47,112 nt of DNA, taken from positions 26,900,984-26,948,095 of the forward strand of contig NC_068982.1 in assembly GCF_001194135.2 (NCBI RefSeq), written 5' to 3'. The notes beneath the pieces were generated by a model that was not told the origin of the DNA, made no database searches, and saw only the letters and a list, made by a program, of their open reading frames with translations. The first letter of the stretch is position 1, and each line of letters begins with the position of its first letter. Source of the DNA: Octopus bimaculoides (lineage: Eukaryota). Below are positions 36,700-47,112 of this stretch, in pieces. Made by a program: the position numbers and the translations under genes.

Positions 36700-38460
36700 T
36701 TTTTTAATTCTCTCTCTGCTTATTTTCTCGTGTTCCTTTCGGTTGAAGAGCGTAGGCTCGAAACGTAAAAGACTTTCTCACCTTCCCGAGTGTTAAACTA
36801 ATACACCTGTTTGTTGTTTATACACTTGTCTTCGTCTTTTCTTTTCTTGTAAATTCCAACTATATATNNNNNNNNNNNNNNNNNNNNNNNNNNNNNNNNN
36901 NNNNNNNNNNNNNNNNNNNNNNNNNNNNNNNNNNNNNNNNNNNNNNNNNNNNNNNNNNNNNNNNNNNNNNNNNNNNNNNNNNNNNNNNNNNNNNNNNNNN
37001 NNNNNNNNNNNNNNNNNNNNNNNNNNNNNNNNNNNNNNNNNNNNNNNNNNNNNNNNNNNNNNNNNNNNNNNNNNNNNNNNNNNNNNNNNNNNNNNNNNNN
37101 NNNNNNNNNNNNNNNNNNNNNNNNNNNNNNNNNNNNNNNNNNNNNNNNNNNNNNNNNNNNNNNNNNNNNNNNNNNNNNNNNNNNNNNNNNNNNNNNNNNN
37201 NNNNNNNNNNNNNNNNNNNNNNNNNNNNNNNNNNNNNNNNNNNNNNNNNNNNNNNNNNNNNNNNNNNNNNNNNNNNNNNNNNNNNNNNNNNNNNNNNNNN
37301 NNNNNNNNNNNNNNNNNNNNNNATATTAATAGTAATAGTAAGACAACAAAAGAATGAAAGAGACCTCGATATTATGTAAATAGAGGAATTTATCTGTAAT
37401 ATAATATGTGACAATTATTCGGTTGCTCGATAACTGACGAGATGCCTGAGCAGGTTTCCGCCCCGACATCCGAAACTCAGAGTTTTATTATGGCAACCGA
37501 ATAATTGTCATATATTACATTACAATATATATATATGTGTATATAGGGGAGAATTCACAAAAAAAACAGAAGACGAAGACACGTGGTGTAGACAACAAAC
37601 GGATGTTAAACGCTCGGGAAGTGAAAAAGTTTTTAACGTTTCAAGCCTACGCTCTTCCACAGAAAGGAACACAGAAAGAAACAAGGAGAGAAAATAAAGA
37701 GAGAAAATAAGGAAAGAAACAAGGAGAGAAAATAAAGAATGTGTAGTGGCTAGCGATTTATCATGGCGAATGATAATGAAAGCGTGAGGAGAAAAATGCA
37801 AAAGGCGTGAGGAGAAAAATATATATATGTGAAAAGTGGGAGAAGAAAATAAAAACAGGGAAATAAAGGACGAAGATGGAAGAAGCAGAGAGAAAGGGGG
37901 AAGAAGGGGAGAAGAGAAGACGAAAGGGGAAAAGAAAGGGAGGGAGAGAGAGGCAAGGTAACAGGTGCGGATTAGAGAAAACAGAATAAGAACAACCAGA
38001 GTAGAAAGAAACGACAATAGGAAAAAGCAGAAAGGGTAAAAAAAGTTTAGAAATTATAAAAAAGTTACGAAAAGTTCAAAAGGTTCAAAAGCTTCGAACG
38101 TCGTGGTGTATTGGAGCGATTTTTCATCAGCAGAGGAGTCCAGTGTAATCCATGGGCAAAAGAAGTGCAGCTGAAGTGTACGATAGTAGAAAGTCCAGGT
38201 AGAGAACCCGTAAAAGTTCGTTGGGTGATGAGAGGAAACAGGATCAACTGGTGCGACCACGTGAGCGTGTAATATATGGGGAGAATTCACAAAAGAAAAA
38301 ACAAAAGACGAAGACAGGTGGTGTAGACAACAAACGTATTAGTTTAACGCTCGGGAAGTGAAAAAGTCTTGAACGTTTCGAGCCTACGCTCTTCCACAGA
38401 AAGGAACACAGAAAGAAACAAGGGGAGAAAATAAAGAATGTGTAGTGGCTAGCCATCTAT
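36700..38460. mobile_element. Penelope-like terminal-repeat cluster: one + copy and two tandem - copies
   Basis: A unit of about 150-200 bp at 36700-36866 (+), 37530-37745 (-) and 38270-38460 (-), each with a GAGC-GTAG-GCTY-GAAACGT hammerhead-like motif. Family assignment is inferred. Confidence 0.65.
37395..37524 (+). ncRNA. Type I hammerhead ribozyme motif
   Basis: CTGACGA 37434-40; stem II GATG/CATC; GAAA 37472-75; palindromic stem III AACTC-A-GAGTT; GUU triplet 37482-84; stem I of about 30 bp with a small internal loop. Confidence 0.78.
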
Positions 38461-38717
38461 CATAGGCCTCATTGTCACCGAGAACTTCTGACGACAGCAC
38501 ATCCTTAATATCTTTGGAATCTAGTCTCAAAGACTGGCCTTTTTCCTCAGAGCCAGAAAATACTTTAGCTCTCAACAGTTACCGACACTCTACAAAGGTT
38601 GAATCGACGCTTACCATGGAGTATTGCCCTCACATTTAGGGCAGTGTTGAAGCTGCATTGCAGCTCATCGTAGATCACATGTAGAGTATAGTCACCCAAC
38701 TGACTCATGCAAAGTTA

Positions 38718-38770
<53 letters not shown>

Positions 38771-39754
38771 NNNNNNNNNNTCTCTCTCTCTCTCTCTCTC
38801 TCTCTCCTTATCTATCTATCTATCTATCTATCTATTTATTTTTCCTCTACCATACTATAACGGCCTCCGATCCTCAGAACGATCTAGCCTCATGCCACCT
38901 ACCACCTGCACTTCAGTCCCATTTGTCTCACTTCCACTTATAACCCATGTTGTGTTCGACCATGCAGGTCTCACCCTAACAAGTAAGCTCAGATGCTTCC
39001 CACCATATGATTGGTTCTCAAGAACTCCCTTCGTGTTTTTACCTTTAGTACTGGTGTTGATTTGCAATATTTTAAGCGGAACTCTAACGGCATCAATTTG
39101 AACGGTTTTGAAGGGCTTTCTAATGTGACGAGTACTATTATTCCTCTAGATGCAACAAGTAAATAAAGTGTGTATACACATGTGTGTGTATGCTTGTGTG
39201 TGGAGAGGGTAATCAAACGTGAAGATAGTGTAAAAGAGTGAGAGAGGAAGAGAGCAGCTCGAGTAAGCGAAGGGAGATGTAAAGAAGAAAGATAAGGTTC
39301 AACAAAAGGGAAAGTTAAGTTGATAGAATAGCAGAGATAAGAAGAGGGGAATTAAGAGAACGGGGAGAGAGGAATTCCATTGTGTTGTTGAAGGAGTGAA
39401 GAGATGCACGTATATTGGAAGTTGAAGAACAAAAGAGAGAATTATCTATTGACAAATAGGAATAAGGGATATAATGCAATATCGTGAGTCAGTGAAAAGA
39501 ATAAGCGAAGACTAGAGAACAATAAAGCAGGGAGACGGCTTTAAAACTGACAGTCAAATGGACTAATAAATTTGCATTCACAAAGACAATATGTCATTAG
39601 ACAGGACTAAGATTATCCCACCAAAAATATTAGGTCAAAGCTCGAAGCAAAAGGATTAAAAATTATTGTAAAGCGAATTAAATAAAAAAAATACCTGCCA
39701 TTTCTGAAGGATACTACACTACTACTATACACACACACACACACACACACACAT

Positions 39755-39819
<65 letters not shown>

Positions 39820-39823
<4 letters not shown>

Positions 39824-39995
39824 CTTTACTCTTTTACGTTTCAGTCATTTTGACTGTGCCCATGCTGGAGCACCGCCTTCACTCGAAGAAATCGCCCTCA
39901 GGGCTTATTCTTTCTAAGTCTAGTACTTATTCTATCGATCTGCCGAACTGCAAAGTTTCGGGGAGATAAACATACCAACATCGGTTGTCAAGCAA
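39820..39995 (-). mobile_element. SINE family B, 3' part
   Basis: cccatgctggagcaccgcc...ttattctatcgatctgccgaactgc...ggttgtcaagc. Confidence 0.8.
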
Positions 39996-40004
39996 TGGTG
40001 CTCT

Positions 40005-40610
40005 ACTTAACAAGAGGTAAAAAGGTCCTGGACCTCTGTTTCACAAACAACACAGCGCTCATCCATAATTTTGAGGTGACACCGACGATTTTCTCAGACC
40101 ATAACCTAATAGAACTAACAATTATGGTCCGCAAAAGAGTTCAGACATGCAGGCTACTAGAAGCATCCAACTCCTCTCCAGCCTGAACTTTCACAAACCT
40201 GATTTGAAGGGTATCGAGAAAGAAGTCATGGAACATAACTGGTCTGCCAGTCTCTCTACAGAAGACATTGACATAAAGCTACAACACTTTATGACAATCA
40301 TGCATGACATCTGTAGTAAGTTTGCTCCAGAGAGAATGCCAAGCCAACAGAAAAATATAATACCCAGGGATAGGAGGATTCTAATGAGACAACAAGCAAA
40401 AATTTCAAATTGTCTAAATGGGCCACTAAAGGATAACAAACGATCCTACCTCAAACGAACATTGCTCGAGATCGAAAATGAACTCAAACGCTCCCATGAA
40501 AAGGAGAGGGCAGAAAAGGAAGCCAGGGTTGTCAAAAATATTAAGACAAACCTTAAAGCCTTCTATAGATATGCGAAAGAAGCTGCCAAACCCATTGAAT
40601 TGGCCAATTA
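40005..40610 (+). pseudogene. APE-type LINE ORF2 fragment (endonuclease end and linker)
   Basis: VLDLCFTNN...TPTIFSDHNLI (APE C-terminal SDH motif), then after a frameshift a linker ending KAFYRYAK. Confidence 0.85.
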
Positions 40611-41479
40611 AAAGGTGATTACAATGGCGGTGCCCNNNNNNNNNNNNNNNNNNNNNNNNNNNNNNNNNNNNNNNNNNNNNNNNNNNNNNNNNNNNNNNNN
40701 NNNNNNNNNNNNNNNNNNNNNNNNNNNNNNNNNNNNNNNNNNNNNNNNNNNNNNNNNNNNNNNNNNNNNNNNNNNNNNNNNNNNNNNNNNNNNNNNNNNN
40801 NNNNNNNNNNNNNNNNNNNNNNNNNNNNNNNNNNNNNNNNNNNNNNNNNNNNNNNNNNNNNNNNNNNNNNNNNNNNNNNNNNNNNNNNNNNNNNNNNNNN
40901 NNNNNNNNNNNNNNNNNNNNNNNNNNNNNNNNNNNNNNNNNNNNNNNNNNNNNNNNNNNNNNNNNNNNNNNNNNNNNNNNNNNNNNNNNNNNNNNNNNNN
41001 NNNNNNNNNNNNNNNNNNNNNNNNNNNNNNNNNNNNNNNNNNNNNNNNNNNNNNNNNNNNNNNNNNNNNNNNNNNNNNNNNNNNNNNNNNNNNNNNNNNN
41101 NNNNNNNNNNNNNNNNNNNNNNNNNNNNNNNNNNNNNNNNNNNNNNNNNNNNNNNNNNNNNNNNNNNNNNNNNNNNNNNNNNNNNNNNNNNNNNNNNNNN
41201 NNNNNNNNNNNNNNNNNNNNNNNNNNNNNNNNNNNNNNNNNNNNNNNNNNNNNNNNNNNNNNNNNNNNNNNNNNNNNNNNNNNNNNNNNNNNNNNNNNNN
41301 NNNNNNNNNNNNNNNNNNNNNNNNNNNNNNNNNNNNNNNNNNNNNNNNNNNNNNNNNNNNNNNNNNNNNNNNNNNNNNNNNNNNNNNNNNNNNNNNNNNN
41401 NNNNNNNNNNNNNNNNNNNNNNNNNNNNNNNNNNNNNNNNNNNNNNNNNNNNNNNNNNNNNNNNNNNNNNNNNNNNNNN

Positions 41480-41740
41480 TCTGGCAGCGGATGGTGGCGA
41501 ACCCTGCTGTACTCTTCCACCACAACTTTCTCTCACTCTTACTTCCTGTTTCTGTTGTGCCTGTAATTCAAAGGGCCAGTCTTGTCACATTCTGTGTCAC
41601 GCTGAATATCCCCCGAGAACTACGTTAAGGGTACACGTGTCTGTGGAGTGCTCAGCCACTTGCACGTTAATTTCACGAGCAGATTGTTCCGTTGATCGGA
41701 TCAACTGGAACCCTCGTTGTAAGCGACGGAGTGCCAACTG
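41480..41740 (+). mobile_element. SINE family C, 5' end in the gap
   Basis: Near-identical to 31290-31540. Confidence 0.88.
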
Positions 41741-42114
41741 TACTTCTGTATTTTGATGCATAAATTCATAAATGCACAAGGCTTGAAATTTTAGTAGGAG
41801 AAGTTGATCGAATATATCGGCCCCAGTGCTCAAATGGTAGGTAGGTAGGTAGGTTGATGTTACCATAGTAACTAACTGAACTTTCGCTATGTGACAGCCT
41901 ACTATTAAAAGAAGGTACGTGTATGATTAACAAATATTTTTACCGGCAGCATAGCGATGGATAAGACCTAGTATTTAATACTAATGGTCTTGTAATTAAT
42001 AATAGTAATGGTCTTGTAATAATAATAGCTTTATAATAATAGTCTTGTAATATGTCCTGCAGCACCCGTGGAAATTATACGTTTTATAAACGTTTTTTTT
42101 TTTTTCCTGAAACA

Positions 42115-42330
42115 TTAATCCTTGACTATCGCGGGTGTTACGTTCCAAAAACCCCGCGATAGGTGAAAATCTGTGAAGTAGAAACGGTACTGTACTGTAT
42201 ATTTTTTTACTATTATTTTTTAATAAATTGTATGTATTTATTTTATTATAAATGCAAAACAAAACCACAGAGGAATGGACGTAAGCTTAAATAATAAACC
42301 ACGATAGATGAACTGCGATATGGCGATGGA
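42115..42330. mobile_element. Probable pogo/Tigger-type MITE remnant
   Basis: ccttgactatcgcgggtgttacgttccaaaaacccccgcgatagg, a subterminal palindrome typical of such elements; termini eroded. Confidence 0.4.
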
Positions 42331-43132
42331 TTACTGTACTTCTATAAATCTTTATTACAGTTTCATTGTGTTCTAGATTTCAATTAGCGTTTCGATTTCA
42401 TTTCATAGTTCAGATTCTCTCTCTCTCTCTCTCTCTCTCTCTGATCGTTTATTTCCCCTCACTACTATGTGTAAGCACTTGCCTCTTTACAGTCTTTGCA
42501 ATTTGCCTGTCCAACTAGAGCAAATAAAAATCAAAGTCAAGGCGAAGTTGTTTGTCATTTATAGCTGATACTATAACAAGACGTTACTAAATTTCATGAA
42601 ACATCAGAATGTTTTCGTTGAAGAAATTCTTTAAATATTTTAGTTTAACTTGTATCTAGTTCGAAAAATATTAGATATTTTTACTTATTTTCTTATTGTT
42701 TTCTATTAAGGAATGAGAATGAAGTGAATGGTAGATTGGCAGAATAGGTTCAGCGCCGGACAAAAATGTTACGTTCTAAGTTCTGCAGGGAACTGATTTT
42801 GAATTTCTTTGTCTGTATAATCGACTGAGTCCATTTCTAAAGTCGTGTAGTTCTGCGTCAATCATAGAAAGCAATATTTTTTAAACATTGGAAACTGATG
42901 AAAAGTAAAATCAGTAGAGCACCGGGTGAAAATAATTTGCGTTATTTTATTTGTGCCCTTTATCTTATTTATTCAAAATCTCGTTCAGGTTGATTTTGTC
43001 TTTTATCCTTCGTTTTTTATTTGTTTTTTTTTGGGGGGGGGCAATGAAATAGATATCAGCCAACAATTCATCTATGTTCCACAATTAGTTGTCCAGTTCC
43101 TGACTTGAAAATTGATATTTGTTCTTCAACAG

Positions 43133-43235
43133 ATTTGGAAAATGTGTTTTACCATCTGGTTCACCTTTACTGCGACAATTGTGAACTTTCCAAATACCAC
43201 AGGTGACGTAAGACGAATAAATTTCCCAATGAGCG
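43133..43235 (+). CDS. SLC29A (ENT family): ENT exon, TM7
   Basis: caacag|IWKMCFTIWFTFTATIVNFPNTTGDVRRINFPMS(D)|gtaagt; F-x-x-T-x-x-x-FP motif; phase 0 to 1. Confidence 0.92.
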
Positions 43236-44139
43236 GTAAGTGATTTGTAATTGTTCTAAAGAACAATTATACTAAAGTATAATCTTGTAGATATCAAAAT
43301 TTCTGATCAACCAATCGGGCAACCACAGCATTTCATGTAGCCTCAGGTTGACCCATATTTCGTTGTATTTGATAGAAGAAAACTATATAGAAGCCCCTCG
43401 GTGGTGATTTGTACTTTAATTCAAAAGGTATAGCTTTGTTACACACTGAGACAATTCTCCCTGAGAATTACGTTAATTCAAGTACAAGTACTTCAGTTGA
43501 TCAAACTGCTGAATCCTCATCATCGATTACAACTGATTGTGGAGAACCTCTATCACATGTAATTGGTTTTAAATAATATCATAGTCTAAGTTTAATCCAC
43601 ACCACAACATTACATCGCTTTGCGCAATGCCGCAACCAAAATGCAGTCATTTTAGAGAAAGGATGGCTACCAAGCGCGAAAATAACTAAGGCCAACATGG
43701 CGATTGTTGGCCTTGTGAGTGAAATTGGGTGAACGGGAACTATATAGAAGCCCGTCGATTAGATTATATCTGTAATTGTCCCTTAGCGTGCAAGAGTTAA
43801 TGCCAACAAAGAGGTAGATGAGACAAGGATGTATGCACGATATCATGCATTTCTGTAAGCTGATATGCATCCTGTGACGACTTGTTATTTCTAGACATTC
43901 GTGACTGGAATTTCGGACATTAATACTTTTTACCATTGCATTAAAAAATTTTAAATTGATAATTTAATCGGTTATGCTCCGAAAGAATATATACAGTGTA
44001 TTTGACAATTAATATTGAACTTACTCCTATAAAAATTTTTAATATTAAAAGATGGAATTTATTTTTTACTGAATTAAATGTGAGTTGAAATAATACATTA
44101 GAGCTTATTATAAGTATATACAGTAATACATCATCGCTG

Positions 44140-44690
44140 CTGCTGAGACCCCCTTCGGTCATGACTGACCATGGGATTGCACCTAGAAAATTACCCTCCC
44201 AGGCACAAGTTCGGGCAAGGTGGTTTATGGAAGATCAGCAGTCGCCCATGCATACCAGCCTCCCTTCTCCACGCCACCAGTGTTATCCAAGGGAAAGGCA
44301 AAGGCTGATACAGCTTGGCACCTGTGACGTCGCAACTCATTTCTACAGCTGAGTGAACTGGAGCAACGTGAAATAAAGTNNNNNNNNNNCCTAGAAAATT
44401 ACCCTCCCAGGCACAAGTTCGGGCAAGGTGGTTTATGGAAGATCAGCAGTCGCCCATGCATACCAGCCTCCCTTCTCCACGCCACCAGTGTTATCCAAGG
44501 GAAAGGCAAAGGCTGATACAGCTTGGCACCTGTGACGTCGCAACTCATTTCTACAGCTGAGTGAACTGGAGCAACGTGAAATAAAGTGGCTTGCTCAAGA
44601 ACACAACACGCAGCCCGGTCCGGGATTCGAACTCACAACTTTACGATCGTAATCTTGACGGCCTAACCACTGAGCCATGCGCCTTCACAA
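44140..44690 (-). mobile_element. tRNA-derived SINE, family D (CORE-like segment)
   Basis: Minus strand TGGCTCAGTGG (A-box) and GAGTTCGAATCCC (B-box), then ttcttgagcaagccacttta; internal duplication across a 10-N gap. Confidence 0.88.
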
Positions 44691-45924
44691 TATGTCATCA
44701 CTACGTTGACAATGTATAATTTCACTCTCTTTTTTTATATACTTCTGCTTTTTTTAACACTTTACATCTATAAGAAGTGCATACTTGAGACGAATAGGTT
44801 TTCAACAGTATAATACTTTTAGTATGATATACAGATCGCTAGTTTAAACTAATACTGTATTCGTCACTAATAACGAATTTTTATTCAGCCTGTAGGCTAA
44901 ATGCAACATCTGTAACTTTCATTCACTGCTTAACTATATCAGCTAGTAGCCGATTATCGACGGGCATCCGATGACAGCGGATATGTCCTTCTGATGATTC
45001 TCGAAGAAACCGATATCTGGGTTTAGTAATGCCACAACCGACACTGAACGTTTTCGTTTGCTACTGATATATTTCTATGTGTTTTAACACAATACGTCTA
45101 TAAAAGATGCTTTCTCGAAACGAATGCCGCAGTTTAGAAGGCTTTCAACTATATACATACTTTAAGTATGATATAAGATCGCTAATTTATATATTGTACA
45201 TCATAATGCGTATCATGTAACCTTAAAAACCATTAAAAACAATACACATGCCATTTTTAAAGCCACCGAAGCATGATCACTTTTTAATTTTTGAAAGGGA
45301 AAATCAACACGCGAATTCTGTTATTTTATTTTGGGGCTTTTTTTTCTATTCATCTCTCTTGACGCACATTTACTCATAATTAGCAATTTTGATTCCTTTT
45401 TTCTTATGAAATAAAGAAGAGCTAAGCATCTGTAAAACAATAACTATTATTTCAATTTAACAATAATTATTAATTTAACAAAAAAAAAACAGTATCAGTA
45501 CCTGGCGTTGATCCATTTAAAAAATGTGAACGTTATCTTGTCCACTTAGCATTTTAAATGGGAGTAAATGACGTAGAGATGATAATTTTTATCTTACATT
45601 TTCTAAACATTTTCACTATCTTTTGTTTTATCTTTTTAAATTTTGTTTATTTATAATGTACAACAATTATAAAAAGTACGAGCTCTCAATAAGATTAATC
45701 AAATATCACCTTGATTTTTACAAAACTGATATATCACCATAACCTAATGCGGTACACGCTAAAACACCCATTTGGGTATAAATTCGCTTTTAAAACTTGA
45801 ACGGCGTCTGCGACACTTCGGCCGGTGGCTTTGTACTTTCCTACTGGCTCTATAGATTGTTGATGCTGTTGGAAAAAAAGCACACAAGCGACATAGTTCG
45901 AAGAACTCATGTGGGCCTTAACTC

Positions 45925-46355
45925 TCTCTTTCTTTACTCTTTTACTCTTTTACTTGTTTCAGTCATTTGACTGCGGCCATGCTGGAGCACCGCCTTTAGT
46001 CGAGAAAATCGACCCCAGGACTTATTCTTTGTAAGCCTAGTACTTATTCTATCGGTCTCTTTTTGCCGAACCGCTAAGTTACGGNNNNNNNNNNNNNNNN
46101 NNNNNNNNNNNNNNNNNNNNNNNNNNNNNNNNNNNNNNNNNNNNNNNNNNNNNNNNNNNNNNNNNNNNNNNNNNNNNATATATATACATATATACGACGG
46201 GCTTCTTTCAGTTTCCGTCTACCAAATCCACTCACAAGGCTTTGGTCGGCCCGAGGCTATAGTGGAAGACACTTGCCTAAGGTACCACGCAGTGGGACTG
46301 AACCCGGAACCATGTGGTTCGTAAGCAAGCTACTTACCACACAACCACTCCTAAC
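45925..46355 (-). mobile_element. SINE family B, near full length
   Basis: Minus-strand head aggagtggttgtgtggtaag...ggttccgggttcagtcccactgcgtgg. Confidence 0.9.
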
Positions 46356-46600
46356 ATTTACCTTTTTCGTTTGAAACCGCACCCGCTTCCTTTCATGAAG
46401 GATGATGCCTAGCTTCATGCCAATAAAGGGTTTGAAATTGTAGTCTTCTCTCCCTATACTATTGATATTACCCCAGTTGGGATTAGAACATTGATTCTGA
46501 GAACCATTTGTGTATATGATGTGAATATACGATATCACACGTCTTTGTACTGCTTATTTCAATGACGTTCATAATTTTTTTTTTTTAATTATCTTTGCAG

Positions 46601-46686
46601 ATACATATTGGATTCCAGTGATGTGTTTTCTAAACTTCAATACATTCGCAGTCGTAGGAACTTTGCCGTCCAGACGTTTTAAATAT
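46601..46686 (+). CDS. SLC29A (ENT family): ENT exon, TM8
   Basis: tttgcag|(D)TYWIPVMCFLNFNTFAVVGTLPSRRFKY|gtaaac; CFL-x-FN...G motif. Later exons lie outside the window. Confidence 0.9.
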
Positions 46687-46786
46687 GTAAACATTTTATT
46701 TGTTATGCACATAATTATATACATACTTAAGCGCGCGCACACACACACACGCACGCATACACGCACACACACACATATACACATAC

Positions 46787-47112
46787 ATGGTGGTTGTCTA
46801 CTCCTTAAACAGAGTTTGACCACCTCCTGCACCTACACCTTAGCCCTTTCATGGCGTCTGATGTGGCTTTTTAAACCAGACAGTGTTTTGAAAAAACACC
46901 CACACAGATTGCACCTCTGATTTGCACTACCAATACCTGCAAGTAAGTTCTGCTCATTGTGGATCCTAACATGTCTTTTAAGACCCCCATTGGATTTGCA
47001 AACCCTCTGGCACACACCACATTCAAACGTGTGCACAGACATATAATCAGAATAGGTGGGTGAGGTTTGTTTTCCATGGGTTCGCAGGTGAGATTTGAGG
47101 CCAGCCAAGGAC
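46787..47112 (-). mobile_element. 3' end of an RTE-like LINE with tandem C2H2 fingers (runs off the window)
   Basis: GLKSHLRTH...CGVCQRVCKSNGGLKRHVRIH...CNLCGCFFKTLSGLKSHIRRH*; one mismatch to 8527-8734 over the comparable stretch of about 207 bp. Confidence 0.9.

Noticed and set aside
44195-44588. Exact duplication of about 185 bp inside the family D SINE
   Set aside because: The two copies are identical and separated by a 10-N gap, typical of an unmerged contig overlap.
44985-45030. CTGATGA...GAAAC hammerhead-like motif
   Set aside because: Stem II is marginal and no stem I pairing follows a valid NUH site.

Overview
Animal genomic DNA, AT-rich, repeat-dense and gapped. The SINE and LINE families suggest an octopus-like cephalopod (inference). 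One host gene crosses the window on the + strand: a multi-exon equilibrative nucleoside transporter (SLC29/ENT family). I traced 11 phase-compatible exons from 11485 to 46686. The central-loop exon was not found and is probably in an N gap, and the 3' exons lie beyond the window. The rest is mobile DNA: R4/Dong-like RLE LINEs (one split by a Helitron carrying a telomere-like array), two near-identical RTE-like LINE ends with tandem C2H2 fingers, a TSD-flanked ORF1-only retroelement nested in a probable LTR, two Tc1/mariner elements, Penelope-like remnants with hammerhead ribozyme motifs, an APE-type LINE fragment and many tRNA-derived SINEs. There are no CRISPR arrays, rRNA genes or real tRNA genes. 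All family assignments come from motif recognition by eye; no searches were run.
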